Assembly (NCBI RefSeq): GCF_002113885.1
Contig: NW_018404202.1
Span: forward strand, 456,631 to 520,630
DNA length: 64,000 nt
Reading direction: 5' to 3'
Origin: Mizuhopecten yessoensis
Lineage: Eukaryota
Part shown: in pieces, positions 1-13,790 of the stretch
Position numbering within the stretch: the stretch's first letter is position 1
Layout of the letters: each line of letters opens with the position of its first letter
Notes under the pieces: model-generated
Told to the model about the DNA's origin: nothing
The model's database searches: none
The model's input: only the letters and a program-made list of their open reading frames with translations
Position numbers and translations under genes: made by a program

Positions 1-459
1 ACCTAGTGATAGGACCATACAGTATCTGTTGTACAAACCTAGTGATAGGACCATACATTATCTGTTGTACAAACCTAGTGATAGAACCATACAATACCTG
101 TTGTACATACCTAGTGATAAGACCATACAGTATCTGTTGTACAAACCTAGTGATAGGACCATACAGTTTCTGTTGTACAAACCTAGTGCTAGGACCATAC
201 AGTTTCTGTTGTACACACCTAGTGATAGAACCATACAGTTTCTGTTGTACATACCTAGTGATAGGACCATACAGTATCTGTTGTACAAACCTAGTGATAG
301 GACCATACAGTTTCTGTTGTACATACCTAGTGATAGGACCATACCGTATCTGTTGTACAAACCTAGTGATGGGACCATACAGTATCTGTTGTACAAACCT
401 AGTGATAGGACCATACAGTTTCTGTTGTACACACCTAGTGATAGGACCATACAGTATCT
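1..459. repeat. 36-bp minisatellite derived from the gene C exon 3 end and its donor
   Basis: Unit ACCTAGTGATAGGACCATACAGTATCTGTTGTACAA, at least 12 copies, continues off window. Confidence 0.95.
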
Positions 460-776
460 TATGTCAAACGGGTCTTTCTCCATGAGGAAGCTGACGTCTA
501 GCGTATCACCATTGTTGACATTCACATTTCCAACAATAAAACAGCCCTGGCTGACCGTCGTGTCCCCTCTGGTCAGCACGAGGCGACTGCCACAGTTGAT
601 ATAGTTCGGCTGAAGATCAAAGTGAGGGGACAAATGGATGATGGTGGAGGCTTCGTTATCCAGAGTTACGGTAGCTGTACATGAACACGTGGCAGGTTTA
701 GTCTGTCCCTCCGCCGTGTAAGTGTCAACAATCACCCGGTTCCCCTTGGCCTCGGAGCTGGTACACATGGAGGCCA
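435..776 (-). CDS. Receptor gene C exon 3, Cys-rich ectodomain (gene continues beyond window start)
   Basis: ttttgcctag acceptor, 342 nt phase 1-1; MC..RVIVDTY..CSC..P..CGSRL..C..YC pattern aligns with ectodomain exons at 33564-33929 and 52931-53287; donor lies inside the 36-bp array, so the exact end is uncertain. Confidence 0.8.
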
Positions 777-990
777 CTAGGCAAAATTAACACAAACACA
801 GCAAATATTAAATATGGAATTTCATATATAAATGTGATGGATATCACATAGGGAATCATGATCGATTTTAATGTCTTTGGTAAGGCGCAATTGAGTTGAA
901 CATCTGTTAATGCTTTGCATCATTCATCGGTTACATAACAAATGCATTAGACTAAAAATACTAAATATTTTTAAGTACTACACGCTTACT

Positions 991-2213
991 TCAGTGGAGC
1001 ATGGCCCGTGGCACTATGTAGAATGGGACATATACAGTGGGCAATGACCCGTGGCACTATGTAGGAGGGACATACACAGTGAACCATGGCCCATGGCACT
1101 ATGTAGGAGGGACATCTACAGTGAACCATGGCCCGTGGCACTATGTAGGAGGGACATATACAGTGGACCATGGCCCGTGGCACTATGTAGGAGGGACATA
1201 CACAGTGGAGCATGGCCCGTGGCACTATGTAGGAGGGACATATACAGTGGACCATGGCCCGTGGCACTATGTAGGAGGGACATGTACAGTGGAGCATGGC
1301 CCGTGGCACTATGTAGAAGGGACATGTACAGTGGAGCATGACCCGTGGCACTATGTAGGAGGGACATGTACAGTGGACCATGGCCCGTGGCACTATGTAG
1401 GAGGGACATACACAGTGGACCATGGCCCGTGGCACTATGTAGGAGGGACATACACAGTGGACCATGGCCCGTGGCACTATGTAGAAGGGACATGTACAGT
1501 AGAGCATGACCCGTGGCACTATGTAGGAGGGACATATACAGTGGGCCATGGCCCGTGGCACTATGTAGGAGGGACATACACAGTGAACCATAGCCCGTGG
1601 CACTATGTAGGAGGGACATACACAGTGGACCATGGCCCGTGGCACTATGTAGAAGGGACATGTACAGTAGAGCATGACCCGTGGCACTATGTAGGAGGGA
1701 CATACACAGTGAACCATAGCCCGTGGCACTATGTAGGAGGGACATACACAGTGAACCATAGCCCGTGGCACTATGTAGGAGGGACATACACAGTGGACCA
1801 TGGCCCGTGGCACTATGTAGGCGGGACATATACAGTGTACCGTGGCCCGTGGCACTATGTAGGCGGGACATATACAGTGTACCGTGGCCCGTGGCACTAT
1901 GTAGGAGGGACATATACGGTGGACCATGGCCCGTGGCACTATGTAGAAGGGACATGTACAGTAGAGCATGACCCGTGGCACTATGTAGGAGGGACATATA
2001 CAGTGTACCGTGGCCCGTGGCACTATGTAGGAGGGACATACACAGTGAACCATAGCCCGTGGCACTATGTAGGAGGGACATGTACAGTGGACCATGGCCC
2101 ATGGCACTAAATAGGAGGGACATACACAGTGGAGCATGGCCCGTGGCACTATGTAGAAGGGACATGTACAGTGGAGGATGACCCGTGGCACTATGTAGGA
2201 GGGACATGTACAG
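991..2213. repeat. 42-bp minisatellite (~29 copies)
   Basis: Unit CATGGCCCGTGGCACTATGTAGGAGGGACATACACAGTGGAC. Confidence 0.95.
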
Positions 2214-2247
2214 ATGCAGTTCACGAATAACTTGGAGTATAAGGCTG

Positions 2248-2936
2248 GGACCTAGATTTACATAGCTGGTGTCGTTTTGAACCAGATTTACATGGCTGGT
2301 GTCGTTTTGACCCAGATTGAAATGGCTGGTGTTGTTTTGACCTAGACTTAAATGGCTGGTGTCGTTTTGACCCAAATTTAAATGGCTGGTGTCGTTTTGA
2401 CCCAGATTTAAATGGCTGGTGTCGTTTTGACCCAGATTGAAATGGCTGGTGTTGGTTTGACCTAGATTTACATGGCTGGGGTCATTTTGACCCAGATTTA
2501 CATGGCTGGTGTCATTTTGGCCCAGATTTAAATGGATGGTGTTGTTTTGACCTATACTTAAATGGCTGGTGGTGTTTTGACCCAGATTGAAATGGCTGGT
2601 GTTGGTTTGACCTAGATTTAAATGGCTGGTGTTGTTTTGACCTAGATTTACATTGCTGGTGTCGTTTTGACCCAGATTTAAATGGCTGTTGTCGTTTTGA
2701 CCCAGATTTACATATATAGCTGGTGTCGTTTTGACATTGATTTACATAGCTGGTGTCGTTTTGAACCAGATTTAAATGGCTGGTGTTATTTTGGCCTAGA
2801 TTTAAATAGCTGTTGTCGTTTTGACCTAGATTTACATGACTGGGGTCGTTTTGACCTAGATTTACATGGCTGGTGTCGTTTTGACATTGATTTACATGGC
2901 TGGTGTCGTTTTGACCCAGATTTGCATTACTGGTGT
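2248..2936. repeat. 30-bp minisatellite
   Basis: Unit GACCCAGATTTAAATGGCTGGTGTCGTTTT. Confidence 0.93.
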
Positions 2937-5900
2937 AGTAACATGAGGTGTATTGTTGTGTTGTGTCTACTGTGTAACATGATGTGTATTGTTGTGTTGT
3001 GTCTACCGTGTAACATGAGGTGTATTGTTGTGTTGTGTCTACTGTGTAACATGAGATGTATTGTTGTGTTGTGACTACTATGTAACATGAGGTGAATTGT
3101 TGTATTGTGTCTACTGTGTCACATGAGGTGTATTGTTGTGTTGTGACTACCATGTAACATGAGGTGTATTGTTGTGTTGTGTCTACTGTGTAACATGAGG
3201 TGTATTGTTGTGTTGTGTCTACCGTGTAACATGAGGTGTATTGTTGTGTTGTGTCTACTGTGTAACATGAGATGTATTGTTGTGTTGTGACTACTATGTA
3301 ACATGAGGTGAATTGTTGTATTGTGTCTACTGTGTCACATGAGGTGTATTGTTGTGTTGTGACTACCATGTAACATGAGGTGTATTGTTGTGTTGTGTCT
3401 ACTGTGTAACATGAGGTGTATTGTTGTGTTGTGTCTACTGTGTAACATGAGGTGTATTGTTGTGTNNNNNNNNNNNNNNNNNNNNNNNNNNNNNNNNNNN
3501 NNNNNNNNTGTAACATGAGGTGTATTAATGTGTTGTGTCTACTGTGTAACATGAGGTGTATTGTTGTGTATACTGTGTAACATGAGGTGTATTGTTGTGT
3601 CTACTGTGTAACATGAGGTGCATTGTTGTGTTGTGTCTACTATGTAACATGAGGTGTATTAATGTGTTGTGTCTACTGTGTAACATGAGGTGTATTGTTG
3701 TGTCTACTGTGTAACATGAGGTGTATTGTTGTGTCTACTGTGTAACATGAGGTGCATTGTTGTGTTGTGTCTACTATGTAACATGATGTGTATTGTTGTG
3801 TTGTTCCTACTGTGTAACATGAGGTGTATTGTTGTGTTGTGTCTACTATGTAACATGACGTGTATTGTTGTGTTGTTCCTACTGTGTAACATGAGGTGTA
3901 TTGGTGTGTCTACTGTGTAACATGAGGTGAAATGTTGTGTCTACTGTGTAACATGAGATGTATTGGTGTGTTGTGTCTACTATGTAACATGAGGTGTTTT
4001 GTTGTGTTATGACTACTATGTAACATGAGGTGTATTCTTGTGTTGTGTCTACTGTGTAACATGAGATGTATTGTTGTGTTGTGTCTACTTTGTATCATGA
4101 GGTGTATTGTTGTGTTGTGACTACTATGTAACATGAGGTGTATTGTTGTGTTGTGTCTACTGTGTATCATGAGGTGTATTGTTGTGTTGTGACTACTATG
4201 TAACATGAGGTGTTTTGTTGTGTTGTGACTACTATGTAACATGAGGTGTATTGTTGTGTTGTGTATACTGTGTAACATGAGGTGTATTGTTGTGTTGTGA
4301 CTACTATGTAACATGAGGTGTTTTGTTGTGTTATGACTACTATGTAACATGAGGTGTATTGTTGTGTGGTGTATACTGTGTAACATGAGGTGTATTGTTG
4401 TGTTGTTACTACTGTGTAACATGAGGTGTATTGTTGTGTTGTGTCTACTGTGTAGAATGAGGTGTATTGTTGTGTCTACTGTGTAACATGATGTGTATTG
4501 TTGTGTTGTGTCTACTGTGTAACATGAGGTGTATTGTTCTGTCTGCTGTGTAACATGAGGTGTATTGTTGTGTTGTGTCTACTGTGTAATATGAAATGTA
4601 TTGTTGTGTGTACTGTGTCACATGAGGTGTATTGTTGTGTTGTGTCTACTGTGTAACATGAGGTTTATTGTTGTGTTGTGTCTACTGTGTAACATGAGAT
4701 GTATTGTTGTGTTGTGTCTACTGTGTAACATGAGATGTATTGTTCTGTCTACTGTGTAACATGAGGTGTATTGTTGTCTAGTGTCTACTGTGTAACATGA
4801 AATGTATTGTTGTGTGTACTGTGTAACATGAGGTGTATTGTTGTGTTGTGTGTACTGTGTAACATGAGGTGTATTGTTGTGTTTACTGTGTACCATGAGG
4901 TGTATTGTTGCGTTGTGTCTACTGTGTACCATGAGGTGTCTTGTTGTGTTGTGTCTACTGGGTAACATGAGGTGTACTGTTGTGTTGTGTCTACTGTGTA
5001 CCATGAGGTATATTGTTGTGTTGTGTCTACTGTGTAATCTACTGTGTAACATGAGATGTATTGTTCTGTCTACTGCGTAACATGAGGTGTATTGTTGTGT
5101 TGTGTCTACTGTGTAACATGAAATGTATTGTTGTGTGTACTGTGTAACATGAGGTGTATTGTTGTGTTGTGTCTACTGTGAAACATGAGGTGTATTGTTG
5201 TGTTGTGTCTACTGTGTAACATGAGGTGTATTGTTGTGTCTATTGTGTAACATGAGGTGTATTGTTGTGTTGTGTCTAATGTGTAACATGAGGTGTATTG
5301 TTGTGTTGTGTCTACTGTGTAACATGAGGTGTATTGTTGTGTCTACCGTGTAACATGAGGTGTATTGTTGTGTCCACTGTGTAACATGAGGTGTATTGTT
5401 GTCTCTTCTCTGTAACATGAGGTGTATTGTTGTGTCTCCTCTGTAACATGAGATGTATTGTTGTGTTGTGTCTACTCTGTAACATGAGATGTATTGTTGT
5501 GTTGTGTCTACTCTGTAACATGAGATGTATTGTTGTGTCTACTGTGTAACATGAGGTGAATTGTTGTGTTGTGTCTACTGTGTAACATGAGGTGTATTGT
5601 TGTGTCTACCGTGTAACATGAGGTGTATTGTTGTGTCCACTGTGTAACATGAGGTGTATTGTTGTGTCTACTGTGTAACATGAGATGTATTGTTGTGTTG
5701 TGTCTACTGTGTAACATGACATGAATTGTTGTGTTGTGTCTACTGTGTAACATGAGGTGTACTGTTGTGTTGTGTCTACTGTGTAACATGAGGTGTATTG
5801 TTTTGTCTTCTGTGTAACATGAGATGTATTGTTGTGTTGTGTCTACTTTGTAACATGAGGTGTATTGTTGTGTTGTGTCTACTGTGTAACATGAGATGTA

Positions 5901-6440
5901 TTGTTATGTTTTGTCTACTGTGTAACATGAGATGTATTGTTGTGTTGTGTCTACTGTGTAACATGAGGTGTATTGTTGTGTCTTCTCTGTAACATGAGGT
6001 GTATTGTTGTGTCTACCGTGTAACATGAGGTGTATTGTTGTGTCCACTGTGTAACATGAGGTGTATTGTTGTGTCTACCGTGTAACATGAGGTGTATTGT
6101 TGTGTCCACTGTGTAACATGAGGTGTATTGTTGTGTCTTCTCTGTAACATGAGGTGTATTGTTGTGTCTACTGTGTACCATGAGGTGTATTGTTGTGTCT
6201 ACTGTGTACCATGAGGTGTATTGTTGGGTTGTGTCTACTGTGTAACATGAGGTGTATTGTTGTGTCTTCTCTGTAACATGAGGTGTATTGTTGTGTCTAC
6301 TGTGTACCATGAGGTGTATTGTTGTGTCTACTGTGTACCATGAGGTGTATTGTTGGGTTGTGTCTACTGTGTAACATGAGGTGTACTGTTGTGTTGTGTC
6401 TACTGTGTAACATGAGATGTATTGTTGTGTGTACTGTGTA
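2937..6440. repeat. 36/31-bp minisatellite (~100 copies; N gap 3466-3508)
   Basis: Unit CTACTGTGTAACATGAGGTGTATTGTTGTG(TTGTG)T. Confidence 0.95.
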
Positions 6441-6879
6441 CCGTCGTAGTATCAGGACGGTGAACTCGTCACCAAATATCTGGGATTCCATGAAAACCTT
6501 GTTGCTTACAGTGTCCATGTACGGGTCTGAATTCCTGTAATACATACTCTTACCGCTGTGTTAGGGACCAGGTGATTTTATTCTGCCATCTCAAACTTTA
6601 TGCATTGTTACAAAGAGCGTCGGTTACATACAACCGAGGTATGGTAATTAGGGAGTCTCGCCGCTGTATTTATGATTGCCGAGAGTTCGTTGTATAGACC
6701 ATGTAAATCAATAGTGTACAGGGAAATGACAAAATACTCTGATATTGATTAATGCACAATTATAGAAAATGATAACCTGCTTCACCGCACCCGGTCTCCA
6801 ATTATGTTATTATATCTTCATTTATCGAATCAATTGAAGAGCTTGTATTTATACCTGTGTATTTACTTATCAGATGTCG

Positions 6880-7460
6880 GTCACATATTTCTGTCACTGG
6901 TACTGGTCAGACATTTCTGTGAGAGGTACTGGTTAGATATTTCTGTGAGTGATATTGGTCAGATGGTCAGATATTTCTGCGAGAGGTCCTAGTCAGATGG
7001 TTAAATCTTTCTGTTAGTGGTATAGTTCAGATGGTCAGGTATTTCTGTCAGAGGTATTTGTCAGATGGTCAGATATTTCTGTGGGTGGTATTGACCAGAT
7101 ATTTCTATGAGTCGTACTGGTTGGGTGGTCTTATATTTCTGTGATTAGTATAGGTCAGATGGTAAGATATTTCAGTGAGTGGTATTGGTCAGATTGTCAG
7201 ATATTTCTGGGAGTGGTATAGGTCAGACAGTCAGATTTATCTATGACAGGTATTGGTCAGATGGTCAGATATTTCTGTAAGTTTTAGTCGTCAGATGGTC
7301 AGATATTTCTGTGAGAGGTACTGGTCAGACGGTCAGATATTTTTATGAGGGGTATAGGTCAGAAGGTCATATATTTCTGAAAGTGTTAGTCGTCAGATGG
7401 TCAGATATTTCTGTGAGAGGTACTGGTCAAATGGTCAGATAGTTCTGTGAGAGGTATAGT
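6880..7460. repeat. Degenerate ~35-bp minisatellite
   Basis: GGTCAGATGGTCAGATATTTCTGTGAGAGGTACT variants. Confidence 0.85.
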
Positions 7461-7508
7461 TGTTTGCCCATGATAGAAAAATGTTAAAGTGACAATAACG
7501 ATCCATGC

Positions 7509-8948
7509 ACATGTCTCACTGGAGTGACAGGTACCACTCACAAACATGTCTCACTGGAGTGACAGGTACCACTAACACACATGTCTCACTGGAGTGACAG
7601 GTACCCCTCACACATATGTCTCACTGGAGTGACAGGTACCCCTCACACTCATGTCTCACTGGAGTGACTGGTACCACTCACACACATGTCTCACTGGAGT
7701 GACTGGTACCCCTCACACACATGTCTCACTTGAGTGACAGGTACCACTCACAAACATGTCTCACTGGAGTGACAGGTACCACTCACACACATGTCTCACT
7801 GAAGTGACAGGTACCACTCACACCCATGTCTCACTGGAGTGACAGGTACCACTCACACACATGTCTCACTGCAGTGGCAGGGACCCCTCACGCACATGTC
7901 TCACTGGAGTGACAGGTACCCCTCACGCACATGTCTCACTGGAGTGACAGGTACCCATCACACACATGTCTCACTGGAGTGACAGGTACCCATCACACAC
8001 ATGTCTCACTGGAGTGACAGCTACCACTCACACACATGTCTCACTGAAGTGACAGGTACCACTCACACACATGTCTCACTGGAATGACAGGTACCACTCA
8101 CACACATGTCTCACTGGAATGACAGGTACCACTCACACACATGTCTCACTGGAATGACAGGTACCACTCACACACATGTCTCACTGGAATGACAGGTACC
8201 ACTCACACACATGTCTCACTGGAATGACAGGTACCACTCACACACATGTCTCACTGGAGGGACAGGGAGCACTCACACACATGTCTCACTGGAGTGACAG
8301 GTACCCATCACACACATGTCTCACTGGAGTGACAGGTACCACTCACACACATGTCTCACTGGAATGACAGGTACCACTCACACACATGTCTCACTGGAAT
8401 GACAGGTACCACTCACACACATGTCTCACTGGAATGACAGGTACCACTCACACACATGTCTCACTGGAGGGACAGGGAGCACTCACACACATGTCTCACT
8501 GGAGTGACAGGTACCACTCACACACATGTCTCACTGAAGTGACAGGTACCACTCACACAGATGTCTTACTGGAGTGACTGGTACCCCTCACACGCATGTC
8601 TCACTGAAGTGACAGGTACCCCTCACACCCATGTCTCACTGGAGTGACTGGTACCCCTCACACACATGTCTTACTCGAGTGACTGGTACCCCTCACACAC
8701 ATGTCTCACTTGAGTGACAGGTACCACTCACAAACATGTCTCACTGGAGTGACAGGTACCACTCACACCCATGTCTCACTGGAGTGACAGCTACCACTCA
8801 CACACATGTCTCACTGAAGTGACAGGTACCACTCACACACATGTCTTACTGGAGTGACTGGTACCCCTCACACACATGTCTCACTGAAGTGACAGGTACC
8901 CCTCACACACATGTCTCACTGGAGTGACTGGTACCCCTCACACACATC
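7509..8948. repeat. 35-bp minisatellite with internal hairpin (~41 copies)
   Basis: Unit CATGTCTCACTGGAGTGACAGGTACCACTCACACA; TCACT/AGTGA stem. Confidence 0.95.
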
Positions 8949-9611
8949 TATATATATCTTCATACATCAGTACCAAGTTATGCCCTGTTTCGTATTTCTG
9001 CCCCTTTCCATAGCTAGGCTACTAGCATTACAGTGCAACATGCTACAAATTTAATAAAACGTTTCAGAAAAAAAGCTTAAATGAATGAACAGTGAGTACC
9101 ATCACATCAGAAAGGAAAAAAGACATTTCAAAACAATGTACTACCGGTGTAAAAAAAAATCATATTCACATCATTGTACCAAAATAAGAAATATACCAAA
9201 ATACCGTTACAATGTAGCCATTCACCTGTGAAATAAACCACTAGAATTGTGTCCATATAAGTGTATTACCTTTAGGAACGGCTAAGGGAGAACAACGTAG
9301 GCGACCACATTACATCATCCGTAATACAAAAGGGATGAAATAGTTAATTAAAGTTCTATTTGATATAGCAAGACTTGCTTCATAACAAATGACACATTAT
9401 CTTTACTTTTCAATGGATATTTAACTGTCTCCATGAATGATATTGTTATCAACTTTTCAATCTACATTTTCCAAGCGTAAACATTATTACAGTATAAGCA
9501 AATGTATCTACATATATGTACAGTGCATGGATAATACCAACCTTTATCAAGACTACACATACAGTAATTGTTAAACATCACTACTCAACTCAAAACGGAG
9601 AGTTAGCTTAC

Positions 9612-9680
9612 CTGGGATGAGGCCTGAACCATCTGCATCATACTTCGCAAACTCAGCACATATAGTCTCTCCATCTATAT
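9612..9680 (-). CDS. Receptor gene C exon 2 (Cys micro-exon DIDGETICAEFAKYDADGSGLIP)
   Basis: ttctacag acceptor, G|GTAAGC donor, 69 nt phase 1-1; single Cys (TICAE) in the same position as TACTD/TICTD micro-exons of genes A and B. Confidence 0.7.
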
Positions 9681-9796
9681 CTGTAGAACAATAGTAAGAC
9701 AGTATACACATATAGGCTCTCCATCTATATCTGTAGAACAATAGTAAGACAACATACACATATAGTCTCTCCATCTCCATCTGTAGAACAATAGAC
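9657..9796. repeat. 50-bp tandem repeat of the gene C exon 2 acceptor region (~2.7 copies)
   Basis: TATAGTCTCTCCATCTATATCTGTAGAACAATAG.. at 9661, 9711, 9761. Confidence 0.9.
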
Positions 9797-9802
9797 GATT
9801 TT

Positions 9803-10303
9803 GTAAATAACAGAGAACTAATGACGATATAGTAAATAATAGATAACTATTGATGATATAGTAAATAATAGAGAACTATTGACGATATAGTAAATAATAC
9901 AGAACTAATGACGATATAGTAAATAATAAAGAACTAATGACGATGTAGTAAATAATAGAGAACTATTGACGATGAAGTAAATAATAGAGAACTAATGACG
10001 ATATAGTAAATAATAGAGAACTAATGACGATATATTAAATAATAGAGAACTATTGACGATATAGTAAATAATAGAGAACTAATGACGATATAGTAAATAA
10101 TATAAAACTAATGATGATATAGTAAATAATAGAGAACTATTGACGATATAGTAAATAATACAGAACTAATGACGATATAGTAAATAATAAAGAACTAATG
10201 ACGATGTAGTAAATAATAGAGAACTATTGACGATGAAGTAAATAATAGAGAACTAATGACGATATAGTAAATAATAGAGAACTAATGACGATATAGTAAA
10301 TAA
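9803..10303. repeat. 29-bp AT-rich minisatellite
   Basis: Unit TAGTAAATAATAGAGAACTAATGACGATA. Confidence 0.93.
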
Positions 10304-10530
10304 CCTATTGAGGAGTTAGGGATGAGAATCAACAGTAAGGTATACATATTATACGGTTCGTTGTTGTTTTTTACATAACGGTAACTACAATCTTATTTCA
10401 ATTTTATTTCCTTCATCAAGCCTAGAGTGCAAATGTCCGGTGTCTAGACTAGGATGAAAGGAGCATTGGTGACGAGAGAAGGGAGACACCAGCTCAGTCA
10501 TCGTGATATATTAACATCCACTATAGACAT

Positions 10531-10792
10531 GTTGGTAGATAACAGGGACTTATTGACGAGTTGGTAGATAACAGGGACCTATTGACGAGTTTGTAGATAA
10601 CAGGGACTTATTGACGAGTTGGTAGATAACAGGGACTTATTGACGAGTTGGTATAGATAACAGGGACCTATTGACGAGTTGGTAGATAACAGGGACCTAT
10701 TGACGAGTTGGTAGATAACAGGGACCTATTGACGAGTTGGTAGATAACAGGGACCTATTGACGAGTTGATAGATCTTTAGGATATATTGACG
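10531..10792. repeat. 29-bp minisatellite
   Basis: Unit GTTGGTAGATAACAGGGACCTATTGACGA. Confidence 0.93.
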
Positions 10793-12487
10793 TGTCAGAC
10801 TGTCAACAAGCATACAAACAATTCAGTGATGTACGTTAAGAATTTAGAAGCGGGTGATAAATATATAGTATTGTGTACGAGACTGTAACATTTCTGCCTA
10901 TAAAGCATACGTTTACCAGTCGACTAGCACCTGTATAGTGTCTGACGTTACATGGCACATGTAGTAGACACTACGCCTGTATAGTGTCTGACGTTACATG
11001 GCACATAAGGTTTAGGTGAAAACGACTGGATGTAGTACCGTTCATGTTACAATTCAGGACCTTTAAATGGAGCTTTGTGTTACACGGGGCATTGTTAAGT
11101 CACGCTGGCGAGCCTATTGTGTACGTAATTGTGCAGTTATTGTATTCACGTTACAAAACCTATGTGGCATTCAACAAAGTCTGTATAAAAGGGAAGGTTT
11201 GCAGATTCTAGTAGACGAGTTTTCTATAGCTTTGTTGTCCAAATATTTGTACTAGTGTACACGTTTCTTCCGGACACGAGCTGCTCTCGGCTTACAGGCC
11301 TTGGTTTGTAATGGTGTATGCCACTGCAATGACTAAATGTAAATATTATATAACCCATTTTATGTAGGTATTGCTATTTGAACCAAAAGGATTTTGTTTT
11401 GTTAGCTTCCAATCGATCTTCAAAAAACAATAGACATGAACATTAATATTTAATTGTGTACTATGTTATAGAAACAGAAACTCTCTGTATTTGTTGTGCG
11501 GTTATGGTTGAACTATCGCACGGTTTTGCTCTTTTGCCACTTGAATAAACTAAACCCTATCGCACACAGCGTATTTCTGAACTAGTGAGATATACTGTAA
11601 CACCAGATGACTTCGTGAATATAAAAAACGTGATATTGAAAATTTACTATCAGGCACAATAAATACAAATACGGGTGTTGATTTCAGAGGATAGTCCACG
11701 TGTTAGTCTGGCGGCTCGACCTGGACCTGATTCGTTCTATATTCCCTGTTGACTTTAGTTCTCTAACTTGAATTATTGATAGGATTTCTCGGTAATTGAT
11801 GTCTCCGGGAGGCAGACTGACTCGGTTAGCGAGACTGATGCCCTTCGCCGCCAATCTCCATTCTAACTGTGTGTCATCGGGTTATACGTTCGAGGCTTGG
11901 GTCGATAGGATTGTTTATCCTGTAGATAATTTAATTGAGTGCATCATACTCTGAGATTTAATAAAGACAGATGTTCCACCTGGGTGACGTATTGAGGTAA
12001 CATATGCCGAGTCCGCACGTGTGATACCCATATTCAACATCAGTAACATAACTATTAGTTTTGATACATGAACGGTGTTTGAGGGTTCTGCAGTGTACAG
12101 TAGTTATATAACTTTCCTCCTACATATTTTATATGATACCTATATATTCTGATACCGTTGTTAAATTTTTATTTAAAATGATAAAGTAGCAATAGTATTG
12201 TCCTTTCCTGCTAAATAATTTATAATGATAATAATCATTACGATTTAATGTATTTTTAAGGCAATCCACGTGTTTCTCAGTGCAACACTTGGCCAATATT
12301 CTGTTACCTATGTTAACTATTTACGCGCTTTAAATTCAAATATATAAGGTTTTAAAAGTATATCTAAGAACTGGAATAAATGTTATTCTGGTATCGTTAG
12401 CTTCAGTCGGACAGATATATAAGGTATCATGGTTTTGTCATTCGATATAGGCTAGAGGCACGCATGCAAAGGTTAATATATACTCAC

Positions 12488-12539
12488 CATTAAACGTGAG
12501 CACCAACAACAGGAGGATTCCAAGCATACCGGCATACAT
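12488..12539 (-). CDS. Receptor gene C exon 1 (signal peptide MYAGMLGILLLLVLTFN)
   Basis: ATG at 12539, hydrophobic h-region, 52 nt ending in a phase-1 donor G|GTGAGT; joins in frame to the 9680 exon. Confidence 0.7.
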
Positions 12540-13504
12540 GTTGATGTCCGATGTGTAAAGGGAGAGTGTTGAGTTTAAATGAAAATGAATGTGTCACTGG
12601 AAGTTTTGCCCTGCCGCAAGTACCTTGGAATGTGGATCCGTGCCGTCCTGTCTGCATGTGACAGACCTCGAAATCGGTAAATCACCACCTATAGTTTTAC
12701 CGTTTCACGGTTCCGACAAACAAAGAATGGCGAGCTCCTGTATAGTGGCCCATTGTTACACAGATATATACACACATACACACTTTAACGGGTACACACC
12801 ATCCAGTACACGTCTCACTCCATTGGCTGCGTGTCATAGACGGGCTTCGTTGACGGCTGGCGCTATCGAATAAAGTCACTTTTTTAATCAATGAAAAGGT
12901 ATATAAGGCTGTTCAATACAGCTGAGTTGTTTAAGACGTTCAGACTATTGGTCCGTTATTGGTGGAATAATGCCATACGTTTATCCCTGTATACAATACA
13001 ATAATCTGATCGTGTTAATAATTTACTGGTAATTATTCGTTACAATAATACGATTTAGATCGTATATATACCTAGTCATTTAGACAGTTATCAACACTAC
13101 AGTGACACCTACCCGCGCCTGGTACCCCGTACAATACGGCTGTAGATCGCATGGCCACGTCGCTGTACTTCTCACTCAACCGGCGGACTCCACATTAAAC
13201 AGGCGTTAAAAGGACTATTATATATATATACGGCTGTGAAATAATTACACCAACTCTAATGTGTTCCGTCTTCATTATGTTAAGGCGTCTCTGGCTGGGA
13301 TGACAGGCAGGTAAAATGATGACCACGTAATATATATATATATATGGTGTACACAGTACACATAGGGGACTAAGTCTTTAAAGCCACAATACTATCAACT
13401 GAATCTCACAGGGATAACAAAAAAATGTCACGTCTTCGTGTGTAACCCTGACTCATACCTTACAGATTAAGGGAATGACAAAAGATACGTTCAAATTTGG
13501 AGAC

Positions 13505-13790
13505 AGATATTTACTGTGTTAATTTTAATGAGGGTGTTAGATATTTACTGTTTTAATTTTAATGAGGGTGTTAGATATTTACTGTGTTAATTTTAATGAG
13601 GGTGTTAGATATTTACTGTGTTAATTTTAATGAGGGTGTTAGATATTTACTGTGTTAATTTAAATGAGGGTGTTAGATATGTATTGTGTGATTTTAATGA
13701 GGGTGATAGATGTTGACTGTTAATCTAAATGAGGGTGACAGATATTTATTGTGTTAATGTCAATGAGGGTGATAGATGTTGACTGTGATA
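13505..13790. repeat. 34-bp minisatellite
   Basis: Unit AGATATTTACTGTGTTAATTTTAATGAGGGTGTT, decaying 3'. Confidence 0.9.

Noticed and set aside
986-6310. Long Cys/His/Tyr-rich ORFs on both strands
   Set aside because: Translations of 42-, 30- and 36-bp minisatellites open in several frames at once; they lie in gene C intron 2 and show no exon structure.
6442-6556. Open segment YYRNSDPYMDTVSNKVFMESQIFGDEFTVLILRR with AG/GT borders
   Set aside because: Phase 2-2, incompatible with the phase-1 introns of gene C; weak donor; no counterpart in A or B.
7509-8948. 35-bp hairpin-containing repeat resembling a CRISPR array
   Set aside because: No unique spacers, no cas genes, eukaryotic context.
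9612-9680. EF-hand-like FAKYDADGSGLIP suggesting a calmodulin-like gene
   Set aside because: No partner EF-hand exons and no acidic residue at loop position 12 after splicing. Phase, Cys position and the upstream signal exon fit gene C exon 2 better, although Ca2+ binding is not excluded.
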